The notes below the pieces were generated by a model. That model did not search any database. It had not been told where the DNA came from and saw only the letters and a list, made by a program, of their open reading frames with translations. The position numbers were made by a program, and so were the translations under genes. Below, in pieces: positions 1 to 8,380 of a stretch of DNA of 32,000 nucleotides (position 1 is the stretch's first letter; every line of letters starts with the position of its first letter). Source of the DNA: Flavobacteriaceae bacterium (GTDB taxonomy: Bacteria; Bacteroidota; Bacteroidia; Flavobacteriales; Flavobacteriaceae); NCBI GenBank assembly GCA_965224465.1, contig OZ245049.1, forward strand, positions 2,820,001-2,852,000. Direction: 5' to 3'.

Positions 1-82
1 AGGGAAATACAATTAAAAAACAATTGTCGCATATAACTATTTTTTATATATTTGAAGAACATTTATAGATATAGGCACCTAA

Positions 83-409
83 ACACTAACAATTATTTTA
101 ATTCTAACTAATTTAAAATGTTCTCGAATTAATAAAGATGGTTTAACAGAGCGTACTAATGGGTTTTCACTAACAGCTCAGGGTATTTCTATAATGGCAT
201 TAGGAAATAAGGAAATTTCTCCATCAGTTGAAATACCACACGAAATAATGCATGCAATCTGCTTAGAACACACTTTTAATATAGATAGTGGGTTTGAAAT
301 ATTAAAAGGTAAAACAGATAATTATATGGATTATGACAACACTAAAAAACACACCTACAAATGGCAATGGGCTAAACTTCATAAATCTAAATATTCAAAT
401 GAAATATAA
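83..409 (+). pseudogene. Orphan C-terminal module of a metzincin-type polymorphic toxin, same family as the C-terminus of 24917-26800. It has no credible N-terminus.
   Basis: The frame is open from the stop at 80-82, and upstream DNA is stop-rich in all frames. Translation is ...GLTERTNGFSLTAQGISIMALGNKEISPSVEIPHEIMHAICLEHTF..KTDNYMDYDNTKKHTYKWQWAKL. This aligns with LVHETFHAMGLYHSF..KTDNIMDYSD..WVWQWSVM of the full-length toxin. The only ATG (194) would give 71 aa. Confidence 0.6.
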
Positions 410-1046
410 ATTTATTTATATACTCTTAATAAGCTTATCAGCTTGTAGTCTCCCCAGAAAATTCATTAAAAATAATGATATATGTTCTTTTAATGATAAA
501 ATAAATCCTAATGACTTTATTTTAGACACCTCATATTTTAACATTATAAAAAGAGAACGTCATTTTTATGATATTTATAATAACAAAACGAAACGAAAAC
601 GTATTATGTCTCATAATGGTGAATATGTTTTAAATGAAAGAAATAAAAAAACTAAAATTATAAAATGGCTTATCTATAATGACAGTTTACAATTAACAAA
701 ATCTCATTTTAATTATATATTAGATAATTATTTAGATATAGGTGTAAAAAAATATTATGATAAGAAAGGTAATATAATTAAAACTATAGATTACCGCCAA
801 AAAAACAAGTACCCTATTTGCTATAGAGAAGCATATAGGATCGTTGAAAAATGGAAACCAAAAAGCTATATAATCAATCATCTGGAACGTGATTTTATTG
901 TAAAAGAAAAAGACACCATTTATACTTGGAATATTCATATAAAAGATCTCGGAACACCTAAACGAAAAAGTTTTTTATACACTATTAATGCTAAGAATGG
1001 TAAAAAAATAAAAAAATCACAAACGGTTGTAATCTGTAACGATTAA
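399..1046 (+). CDS. Lipoprotein, candidate cognate immunity protein for the orphan toxin module
   Basis: An internal ATG at 399 gives MKYKFIYILLISLSAC, a signal peptide plus lipobox Cys. This start overlaps the toxin-fragment stop by 11 nt. The architecture matches the other immunity candidates: KKYYDKKGNIIKTIDY in the middle and a C-terminal W..I....INAKNGKKI. Confidence 0.7.
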   Translation: MKYKFIYILLISLSACSLPRKFIKNNDICSFNDKINPNDFILDTSYFNIIKRERHFYDIYNNKTKRKRIMSHNGEYVLNERNKKTKIIKWLIYNDSLQLTKSHFNYILDNYLDIGVKKYYDKKGNIIKTIDYRQKNKYPICYREAYRIVEKWKPKSYIINHLERDFIVKEKDTIYTWNIHIKDLGTPKRKSFLYTINAKNGKKIKKSQTVVICND

Positions 1047-1367
1047 TAATTTACACTAAGTTAATGCAAAGCCCTATCACCAATAACTAGGAATATTCGT
1101 GCTGTGCGTAGCGTCCAGCATAAATACCTATTGCTGATGCCGTATCAAAAGAGGGCACTTTGGGATTGCGTGTAATTAAGAGGCTAGCGACAACTCCATT
1201 ACTGGACGTTGGGGCTATGTTTGGAGATGGGTAGAAATAAACACCCACCCTATAAACTGGGGATGGAATGGTAACTGGAATGGTTGGTATAATGGTCTAA
1301 ATAATTCAGCAGGTGATTTCAGTTACAAATCTGGTGTAATTTATAATATCAGAAAATAATAGAACGT

Positions 1368-1853
1368 ATGAAAAATATTTTAGTTACAGTTTTAGTTTTA
1401 GTGCTTTTTTCTTGTGACAACTACAAGGAAGAATGCTGCCAAAACATTGAGGCTGATTTACAAATTTCCATTACAAATAGTGAAGGAAAAGATTTATTAA
1501 ACCCTCTTAGTGGGGAAATAAACATGAATAACTTCAAGCTTTATTATAAAAATAAATCAGGAAATTTAATTTTATTTGACAAACCTAATTTAGATAATTC
1601 TAGAGGGTTTAAATTAGTAAGTCCAGAAGGTAGTGGACTTCAATTTTACACTATTATTTTAGCTCTAAATACAGAGTACTTAGAAAATAATACGTCATTG
1701 AATATTATTAGTTGGAGTAAAGAAAAAAAACATGAAATTAAAACCTTATTCTCAAAAGAAAACAATAATCTGATTGCTGAAAACATTTATATTGACAATA
1801 AATTAGTTATTAAGGTTGGAGAAAAACGTTTCACTACTATTATCGACTTGTAA
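1368..1853 (+). CDS. Hypothetical lipoprotein
   Basis: 161-aa ORF. MKNILVTVLVLVLFSC is a signal peptide with a lipobox Cys. I recognise no family. Confidence 0.65.
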   Translation: MKNILVTVLVLVLFSCDNYKEECCQNIEADLQISITNSEGKDLLNPLSGEINMNNFKLYYKNKSGNLILFDKPNLDNSRGFKLVSPEGSGLQFYTIILALNTEYLENNTSLNIISWSKEKKHEIKTLFSKENNNLIAENIYIDNKLVIKVGEKRFTTIIDL

Positions 1854-2401
1854 CCCTTAAAATAAGAGTCACGTAATAAACTAATATTCGTGTGATGCAT
1901 AGCGAAATGCACGTATGTACTAGGGTCTGCAATTAATTAAGAGCCTCTCGACAACTTCTTTTACGAGACACCACCTGTTTTAGATTCTTTGATTCTACAC
2001 TCTTTCGCAGGCATTGATTTGTACTGTTTTTTCCTGTTGATTGCAGTTAATCAACAGAGGCAGGTAAACCAACACGTATGCGCCTGGTAAAACAATTATT
2101 AAGAATGCATCAATAATCTCTCCTCAAGGGCACAAGGCATACTTCCTACAACTAATTTTTATTTCACGGCAGAGCCTCGAGGATTTAACCACTCAATAAG
2201 GGATTAAACACATAAACAATACCTGCACATAACATTTTTATGTATCTTTGAACAAGATTCACAAAAGTATATACATCTAAATAAAATATCCCTGAGTTGA
2301 CGGTTCATTAAATGTATCGTCATGCTTAGAATTGTTATTGAAGAAAAAATAATAGTACAATACATTTCCTGACAGCCCAAGTGCATTATTTAAAATAAGT
2401 T

Positions 2402-5374
2402 ATGAAAATCCAATGTAAAGTTTGCAAGTCCAACAACAACATCGAAAATATATTGTGCATTAATTGCACAAAACCTTTAGGAGACAAAGAAGCACTTACA
2501 AAAAAACTATACAATCGCATTGTCCAATTAGAGAACAAATATCAGCAAGATATTTATGCCCTTAAAAAAGACATCTCTGATTTTAACAAAATCAACGATT
2601 CTGTTTCAGAATTGCTAGTAATCCCTGACAAGAAATATACAGAAATAAAAGAGGACGTCAGGGAAACAGTTCGAATTCAAAAAACAAATACGCTCGCGGT
2701 CGTTAGCAGCAAAACGGAACATCGAAAGATCAAGATTTCCAAACCCATTGTGCCTTCAAAATTAGAGCTTAAATTAAAAGAAATACTGGCGCCGTTAAAT
2801 GAAGGTATAGAATTGTTTTTAGATGCTTATGAAAAATACAAAAGAGAAGGAAAACTACCAATATTCTTTATGACAATAGCTGGTATTATCGCTATTCTAT
2901 TTGGCTTTGGATATTTAATGCAGCTTTCATTAAACTCTTTGGGAGCATATCAAGTGCTTGTTAAAATAGGTATGGGATTTACTTCTTCTATTGTGTTGGG
3001 TATTATTGGAACGAAGCTTTCACAAAAAAAAGAAACACTCAAAGAATATGGTTCAGCCCTAATAAGTCTAGGGATAATTCTCAACTATCTCATGATCTAT
3101 TTTATGTCAGATTTAGGAGAGTTTCCAATGTTATCTTCTGGCATTATCGGATTTAGTTTGATCTGTATAAATACAATTATTTCCATATATTTCTCATTGA
3201 AATACAATGCTAAAATAATTTCTGTTATTTCATTAATAGGTGGGGCATTTGCACCTCTATACCTCAACGCAATGGGAGATGGAAACCTTTACTATTTATA
3301 CCTATGGTTCCTTGCCATTGGCTCTTGTTACGTAGCAAAGAAAAAAAACTGGATCGAACTCAATTATTTAACGTTTGCAATAACACTAGGAAGCCTTGAA
3401 TTTATGGTTTTTAACCAAGGCCCAAGCAATATCATTTACGCTGTCTATTACCATCTTTTTGCGTATCTATTTTTCTATGTATCGCTATTTGATGGATTTA
3501 AACTAAAAAACAAGTACGTAAAACCTGACATAATTATCCTCGCTGCTAGTTTAAGTTTTTTCCTTTATAATTTATACAATGTATTTGAAAACAACCTTCT
3601 TGCATTAGGAATAGTTTATAGTATTAATGGCGTTGCTTTTGCCACCATATTACTTATAAAATGGAAGGCATTAAATAGAGACACCAGACTCATTTTATTC
3701 GTAGTAATCGGAGCCCTCATCGGTTTTGCTATACCGTCTATTTTTGATCAGAAATTAATGGGCTTATTCTGGTCTATTGAAGCATTATTACTAGTAATTC
3801 TTGGATTTTATTTCTCCATACCTACGGTACGAAAGGAAGGCTATATTCTATTAGCTGTTGCTTTCGGAAAACTAACACTTAGCAGTCTTTCAATAGTAGA
3901 TCATTGGAATCAAACAATATGGCATCAAGGACTTCTGAATTATATTGCTTTAGGTGCTGTTTTCACCTCCAACTGGTTTATTGGTAGAAAGCACATTAAA
4001 AAACTTATTGGATTTGAGAATGCACTCTACTCCTATACACAAGAAATAGTCCCACTATGGCTGGCATCGGCATATTTTATTATAGGATACCATCTGATTG
4101 GTGAATGGATATTTAACCTGTCAATAATTCCTTTATTCGGCTTTATTTATTGGAAGAAATACTTCCATACAAAACTAAGCGACCTGATAGGACTGAGCCA
4201 TTTATTATTGTTTCTCGCTGGGTTTTTATGGTCAATTCAAACCACAGGTTCATTTCATATATCAGATCAAAAACTATATGCTCAAATAGCGATCATAGAG
4301 TTTATGGCAAGTATTTGGGCTTTGAAATATTTTTACAAAATCATAAAAACAGAAAACAACAGTACTTTTAAATTTACACAAAGTTTAAGAATCATATTTT
4401 TCTGTCTTCTTCCGCTAATTTTGATCAATTTTATTAGAAGAAATGCTTTCGAATTTATCGAATTAGGACTATGGATTGGCGTATTAACAACGTACTTCTT
4501 GTACAAAAAATTAAAATACAAAGCACTTCAAACTGAGTTTTATCTTTTATCAGTAATTGCATTTCTTCTTTGTTATTTAGAATGGGATTCAGTTGGATTC
4601 ATCGCTGGTATTGGTTTTATTATTACAACCGTTATTTTAGAAAAAGCTGTGAATTATGAAGCACTACAAAAGTCTAATTTTAAGGAATACCTAACAATAC
4701 TCCCTTTTCTTTTGACCGTCTTAATTGGAAGCTTTATATTTTCATTGGATAATAGATTTCTTTCTCTTAGCCTCAGTGTTTCTTCATTTTCATTATTAAT
4801 TCTTACTTATTTTTACAATAAAATAGGCCCTATTAAGGAAGGCTATAAGACAGCAAGAAATATTGGCTTAATATTAAATCTATGTAGCATCTTATCATTG
4901 TTGTATTATGCATCTATCTTTTCAATGGCAATTTCAATCATTAATCTTGTACTCTTTTCAGTGCTACTGAACAATAAAAAAAATTGGTTCTCTAGTCTTT
5001 ATGGAAGACACTGGAATATTGCAATAATACTTCATCAAATTGAATGTGTTCTTGCAATCGGTATCATTCTTATATACATGAGAATCAGCATTACAAGCCC
5101 TATCTATTCCATACTATTGGCTATACATGCTATTATTGTATTATTTATAGCAATGAAAAATCAAATTAAAATTTTAAATAAAATAGCTATCGTGCTTTTT
5201 GCTGCAACATTACTTAAGGTGGTCTTTCACGATATCAACGGCATCAATACAACTCAAAAAGTAATTGTATTAATCATCCTTGGTTTCATACTTTTAAGTG
5301 CTTCCTACGCCTATGTTAGACTCTCGAATTATTTCGAAAAAAAACAGAATCAAATAAAACAGCAAAACAATTAA
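2402..5374 (+). CDS. Large polytopic membrane protein with an N-terminal zinc ribbon and coiled coil (DUF2339-like architecture)
   Basis: 990-aa ORF. It starts with CKVCKS...CINCTKPL (CxxC..CxxC), then a charged helical stretch, then more than 20 hydrophobic segments through to the C-terminus. Confidence 0.85.
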   Translation: MKIQCKVCKSNNNIENILCINCTKPLGDKEALTKKLYNRIVQLENKYQQDIYALKKDISDFNKINDSVSELLVIPDKKYTEIKEDVRETVRIQKTNTLAVVSSKTEHRKIKISKPIVPSKLELKLKEILAPLNEGIELFLDAYEKYKREGKLPIFFMTIAGIIAILFGFGYLMQLSLNSLGAYQVLVKIGMGFTSSIVLGIIGTKLSQKKETLKEYGSALISLGIILNYLMIYFMSDLGEFPMLSSGIIGFSLICINTIISIYFSLKYNAKIISVISLIGGAFAPLYLNAMGDGNLYYLYLWFLAIGSCYVAKKKNWIELNYLTFAITLGSLEFMVFNQGPSNIIYAVYYHLFAYLFFYVSLFDGFKLKNKYVKPDIIILAASLSFFLYNLYNVFENNLLALGIVYSINGVAFATILLIKWKALNRDTRLILFVVIGALIGFAIPSIFDQKLMGLFWSIEALLLVILGFYFSIPTVRKEGYILLAVAFGKLTLSSLSIVDHWNQTIWHQGLLNYIALGAVFTSNWFIGRKHIKKLIGFENALYSYTQEIVPLWLASAYFIIGYHLIGEWIFNLSIIPLFGFIYWKKYFHTKLSDLIGLSHLLLFLAGFLWSIQTTGSFHISDQKLYAQIAIIEFMASIWALKYFYKIIKTENNSTFKFTQSLRIIFFCLLPLILINFIRRNAFEFIELGLWIGVLTTYFLYKKLKYKALQTEFYLLSVIAFLLCYLEWDSVGFIAGIGFIITTVILEKAVNYEALQKSNFKEYLTILPFLLTVLIGSFIFSLDNRFLSLSLSVSSFSLLILTYFYNKIGPIKEGYKTARNIGLILNLCSILSLLYYASIFSMAISIINLVLFSVLLNNKKNWFSSLYGRHWNIAIILHQIECVLAIGIILIYMRISITSPIYSILLAIHAIIVLFIAMKNQIKILNKIAIVLFAATLLKVVFHDINGINTTQKVIVLIILGFILLSASYAYVRLSNYFEKKQNQIKQQNN

Positions 5375-5482
5375 CAAAGATATATTTTAGGGAATAGCCC
5401 CACTACTCCCTAAAAGACACCGTAATTCTAGACAACAACCATCAAACATGTAAAATAACTTACACATATACAAGTCGTTTTA

Positions 5483-5600
5483 CACCAATTACAATCCAAA
5501 ACGACCTATATAAATAGTTTATTTTACGTTCTAGCGTTGTTGAAAAAGAGAACAATAACTAAGGCTATCCTTAGATTTTCACCTAGCTAATAAAAATATT
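5483..5600 (+). repeat. MITE-like repeat copy with left end and core present and right terminus missing
   Basis: caccaattacaatccaaaacgacctatataaatagtttattttacgttctagcgttgttgaaaaagagaac..ggctatcc aligns with the copies at 19934 and 23019. Confidence 0.6.
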
Positions 5601-5742
5601 CATATCATTAAAAATAAAAAATACTTTTTTTCGTTAGTATAATCTCTTCTGTTAGAATCATTAAGAAATATTTTATCTTGAAATAGATATAAAAATACAG
5701 CGAATAAACATGTAATTCTTCAGGTTAACACTTAAATAAACT

Positions 5743-6858
5743 ATGGCTATTTTCTTTTCGATTATCGTTGTCTTGCTAATTCTTTTATCATTTATTTTTG
5801 TTTTAGTCAACTTTATTTATTTTCTCTTTAAAGGTCGCATCATAACAAATCGAAAGTTTTTTATAGGTATAGAACTATGGACGGTTGTAATTTTACCAAT
5901 TATTTTTTTGTGTTTTTTTGACTATCCGTTTGAAAATAACTGCTGTAATGATTCTTCCGTTTTTTCACCAGAACACCATCTTGGCATTTATATACTGTTG
6001 CTTGTTTACACTATATCATACACAATTTCCATATTTAGACAACACATTTTACCTCCAATAGCAGAACTACTTTTAAATACATTTTTAATTCTTGGGATCC
6101 TTCTCAATATTTTACTTTGTATTCAGCTGGGACTGTTCTTTTTGGCTATAGGAAACATACCAATAATAATGCTTTTACTAATAAAACTGTATCATCGTCA
6201 GCATTTAATAAAAACATATCTTCAAGAAAATAAAATTGAAGCGACTGGAAAAATAAGTGAATTTTGCTTGGCGATATTAGATTTAAAACCATTACTAAAA
6301 TTCCCGTTATTAGTACTTCTACTAATCCCTATTCTAATTTTACTTTCATTATTTTTAATGATCTTTGGACAAAAACCAGATTCAATTATAAAGGCATTTA
6401 CAGATACTTATAAACACGGGTTTTCACAACTTGACTATATGTGTGATGATTTTTCTTGTCCTGACATTCATTTTCTATGTACAGTTGGTACTCATGGTCA
6501 TAAAGCAATTGTAAAACCAATAAGACTTGGAGAACGCAGAGACCGTACAATTATATGTAACAGGCAGCTACTTATTTCAAATGCATTTGAAGAGCTATTG
6601 CAAGAGAAACAACCTATAACGCATAAATTTATTAGAACAAATTACAATAAGGTTGGAGATTTCGTGCATCGTTATTATTGTTTTTTCAATATTAAGATTG
6701 TTTCAGACGTTGTTTATATCCTGATGAAACCCCTTGAATGGTTTTTCTTATTGATTCTTTATACATTCGATAAGAAACCAGAGAATAGAATTGCAGTTCA
6801 ATATTTAAACAAAAAAGACAGAGCTCAGATTATTGAAAAAGGCTCAACTAGCATTTAG
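5743..6858 (+). CDS. Hypothetical multi-pass membrane protein whose last 5 codons were replaced by the IS1595 insertion
   Basis: 371-aa ORF with several N-terminal TM segments and a Cys/His-rich soluble C-terminal part. Its 3' end runs 18 nt into the IS left end at 6841. Confidence 0.8.
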   Translation: MAIFFSIIVVLLILLSFIFVLVNFIYFLFKGRIITNRKFFIGIELWTVVILPIIFLCFFDYPFENNCCNDSSVFSPEHHLGIYILLLVYTISYTISIFRQHILPPIAELLLNTFLILGILLNILLCIQLGLFFLAIGNIPIIMLLLIKLYHRQHLIKTYLQENKIEATGKISEFCLAILDLKPLLKFPLLVLLLIPILILLSLFLMIFGQKPDSIIKAFTDTYKHGFSQLDYMCDDFSCPDIHFLCTVGTHGHKAIVKPIRLGERRDRTIICNRQLLISNAFEELLQEKQPITHKFIRTNYNKVGDFVHRYYCFFNIKIVSDVVYILMKPLEWFFLLILYTFDKKPENRIAVQYLNKKDRAQIIEKGSTSI

Positions 6859-7931
6859 CGTTGTTATAAAAATTTTGTCATAATCAGTTTGGATATTGTT
6901 ATATATTTTAATTGCATTTGAACGTTTCATTGAGTACTTAAGGACAGTAACTACCCAATTTGATTCTTTACGATATGAATCTTTAATTGTTTGCCAATTT
7001 AAATATTTTTGAAGATATTTTGTGGATACTCCTTTTAATTTTACGTTACAAAATGTCTTTAACCTACTATGCAAACTATTGATGTGCTGAATATGATAAG
7101 TCCCTTTGACTCGTTGGTTTTTACTGCTGTTTAAAACATGATGCTCTAAATGTAAATCCTTACTAAACCCAGTAAAACTACGGTGTCCATCAGAACAAAA
7201 TACGGTTCTATTATCTACCATGCTTCCGATAGTGTTTTTTATATTACTCTTGGTAATTCTGCCCATATTTGTAAATTTAGAAACGCATAGTTCTGCTCTA
7301 TCTTGGGTTGTTAATACCGTTGCGTATTCTTTTGTTATACCTGCCCCTTTCTTTTCGGATCTACTTCTGGGAGGTCTATGTACACACTTTTTACCTTTTT
7401 GACTGTGTAAATAAAAGGTCTCATCACTCTCGGTGATTCCTTTGAAATGACCTGTGGTTTCTTGGAACATAGCAGATAAAAAACGATGACGCCATCTAAA
7501 TGCCGTCCCTGGATCTATGGAAAGATCCTTTCCTGTTTTAACCAAACTTAAATTCAATTCAAGTGTTTTTAAAAAGGCTGGTATGCGTTGCTTTTTGTGT
7601 ATCCCAGCTAGCCAACTGCCGGTAAATTCAGTAAAAGTACGTTTACAATCTTTACATTTATAACGCCTGCTGTTTTTATCTACACCTGCTTTTATATAGT
7701 GATAGCCATTGCAGTAAGGGCATTCACCCCTTCTGTCATCTAAAGCATTCCCTCTCATTTTAATAATATCTACATAACTTCCTGATTTGCAAAGAGACTG
7801 AAATTCTTTAAGCAAAATATCCTGCTTAGTTACATCTAGACAGTCAAAATATTTTAAAATAGCTGAATTATCCATAATGATTCTGTTTTTCAGTAAGTTA
7901 CGAAATAAATACGCTATTTACAAGTTGAGCC
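6841..7931 (-). mobile_element. IS1595-family insertion sequence, 1091 bp
   Basis: Terminal inverted repeats are ggctcaactagcatttagcgt (6841-6861) and the reverse complement of 7911-7931, ggctcaacttgtaaatagcgt, matching at 17 of 21 positions. A perfect 8-bp direct repeat ttgaaaaa flanks it at 6833-6840 and 7932-7939. Confidence 0.85.
6844..7875 (-). CDS. IS1595-family (ISXO2-like) DDE transposase
   Basis: 343-aa ORF with an N-terminal zinc ribbon (CPYCNG..YKCKDCKRTF). The C-terminal part has DETF..., FCSDGHRSF and HIQHINSLHSRLK..GVSTKYLQKYLNW, typical of IS1595 transposases. Confidence 0.85.
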   Translation of the reverse strand: MDNSAILKYFDCLDVTKQDILLKEFQSLCKSGSYVDIIKMRGNALDDRRGECPYCNGYHYIKAGVDKNSRRYKCKDCKRTFTEFTGSWLAGIHKKQRIPAFLKTLELNLSLVKTGKDLSIDPGTAFRWRHRFLSAMFQETTGHFKGITESDETFYLHSQKGKKCVHRPPRSRSEKKGAGITKEYATVLTTQDRAELCVSKFTNMGRITKSNIKNTIGSMVDNRTVFCSDGHRSFTGFSKDLHLEHHVLNSSKNQRVKGTYHIQHINSLHSRLKTFCNVKLKGVSTKYLQKYLNWQTIKDSYRKESNWVVTVLKYSMKRSNAIKIYNNIQTDYDKIFITTLNAS

Positions 7932-8108
7932 TTGAAAAATTGCGTCAGACCAAATAGACAGACTAAAATAACTGGAAGTAATCACTTATAGCACTTCCAG
8001 ATTAAGTGCGATAAATACCTGTGATTTTCTATATCATACCTAAAAAAGCCGAACAGTATTCACCTTTATCACAGCCTTAATAATGTTCCCGACAGCTACG
8101 ATATAAAT

Positions 8109-8230
8109 AACAATACAAAATAATCGATATACATAGTTTGTGTTACGTTCTAACCTTGTTGAAAAAACAGAACGATCCCTAAGGTTATCCTTCCATTATT
8201 AAACCGTCACATGGAAATATATTTGGTACT
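8109..8230 (+). repeat. MITE-like repeat copy, short form with a degenerate left end
   Basis: ..acgttctaaccttgttgaaaaaacagaacgatccctaaggttatccttccattattaaaccgtcacatggaaatatatttggtact aligns with the core and right terminus of the family. Confidence 0.55.
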
Positions 8231-8380
8231 ATTAAAAACAATCACCCTATGAATAAGGAACTTGCACCCTCTAAAATAATTGGCTATCTTTCCGTAGTTT
8301 AAAACCACCCAGAATGGGTACATAACGGAATGATTCATGCCCTGGAAACAGGCGATTACTTAAAAAACAACCCAAAACAA

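Noticed and set aside
333-398. Upstream start at 333 for the lipoprotein ORF 333-1046
   Set aside because: The first 22 residues overlap the toxin fragment in another frame and are not signal-like. The ATG at 399 gives MKYKFIYILLISLSAC.
2034-2057. Perfect 9-bp hairpin, ctgttgatt-gcagtt-aatcaacag
   Set aside because: No T-run follows it on either strand and no gene end is nearby. I cannot support calling it a terminator or a binding site.
2204-2386. 60-aa minus-strand ORF upstream of the large membrane-protein gene. The same applies to 15140-15331, 17981-18175 and 19670-19876.
   Set aside because: They are short and lie in AT-rich intergenic DNA. They overlap a tRNA, terminator or repeat sequence, have odd composition and lack any signal or motif. 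They are most likely spurious.
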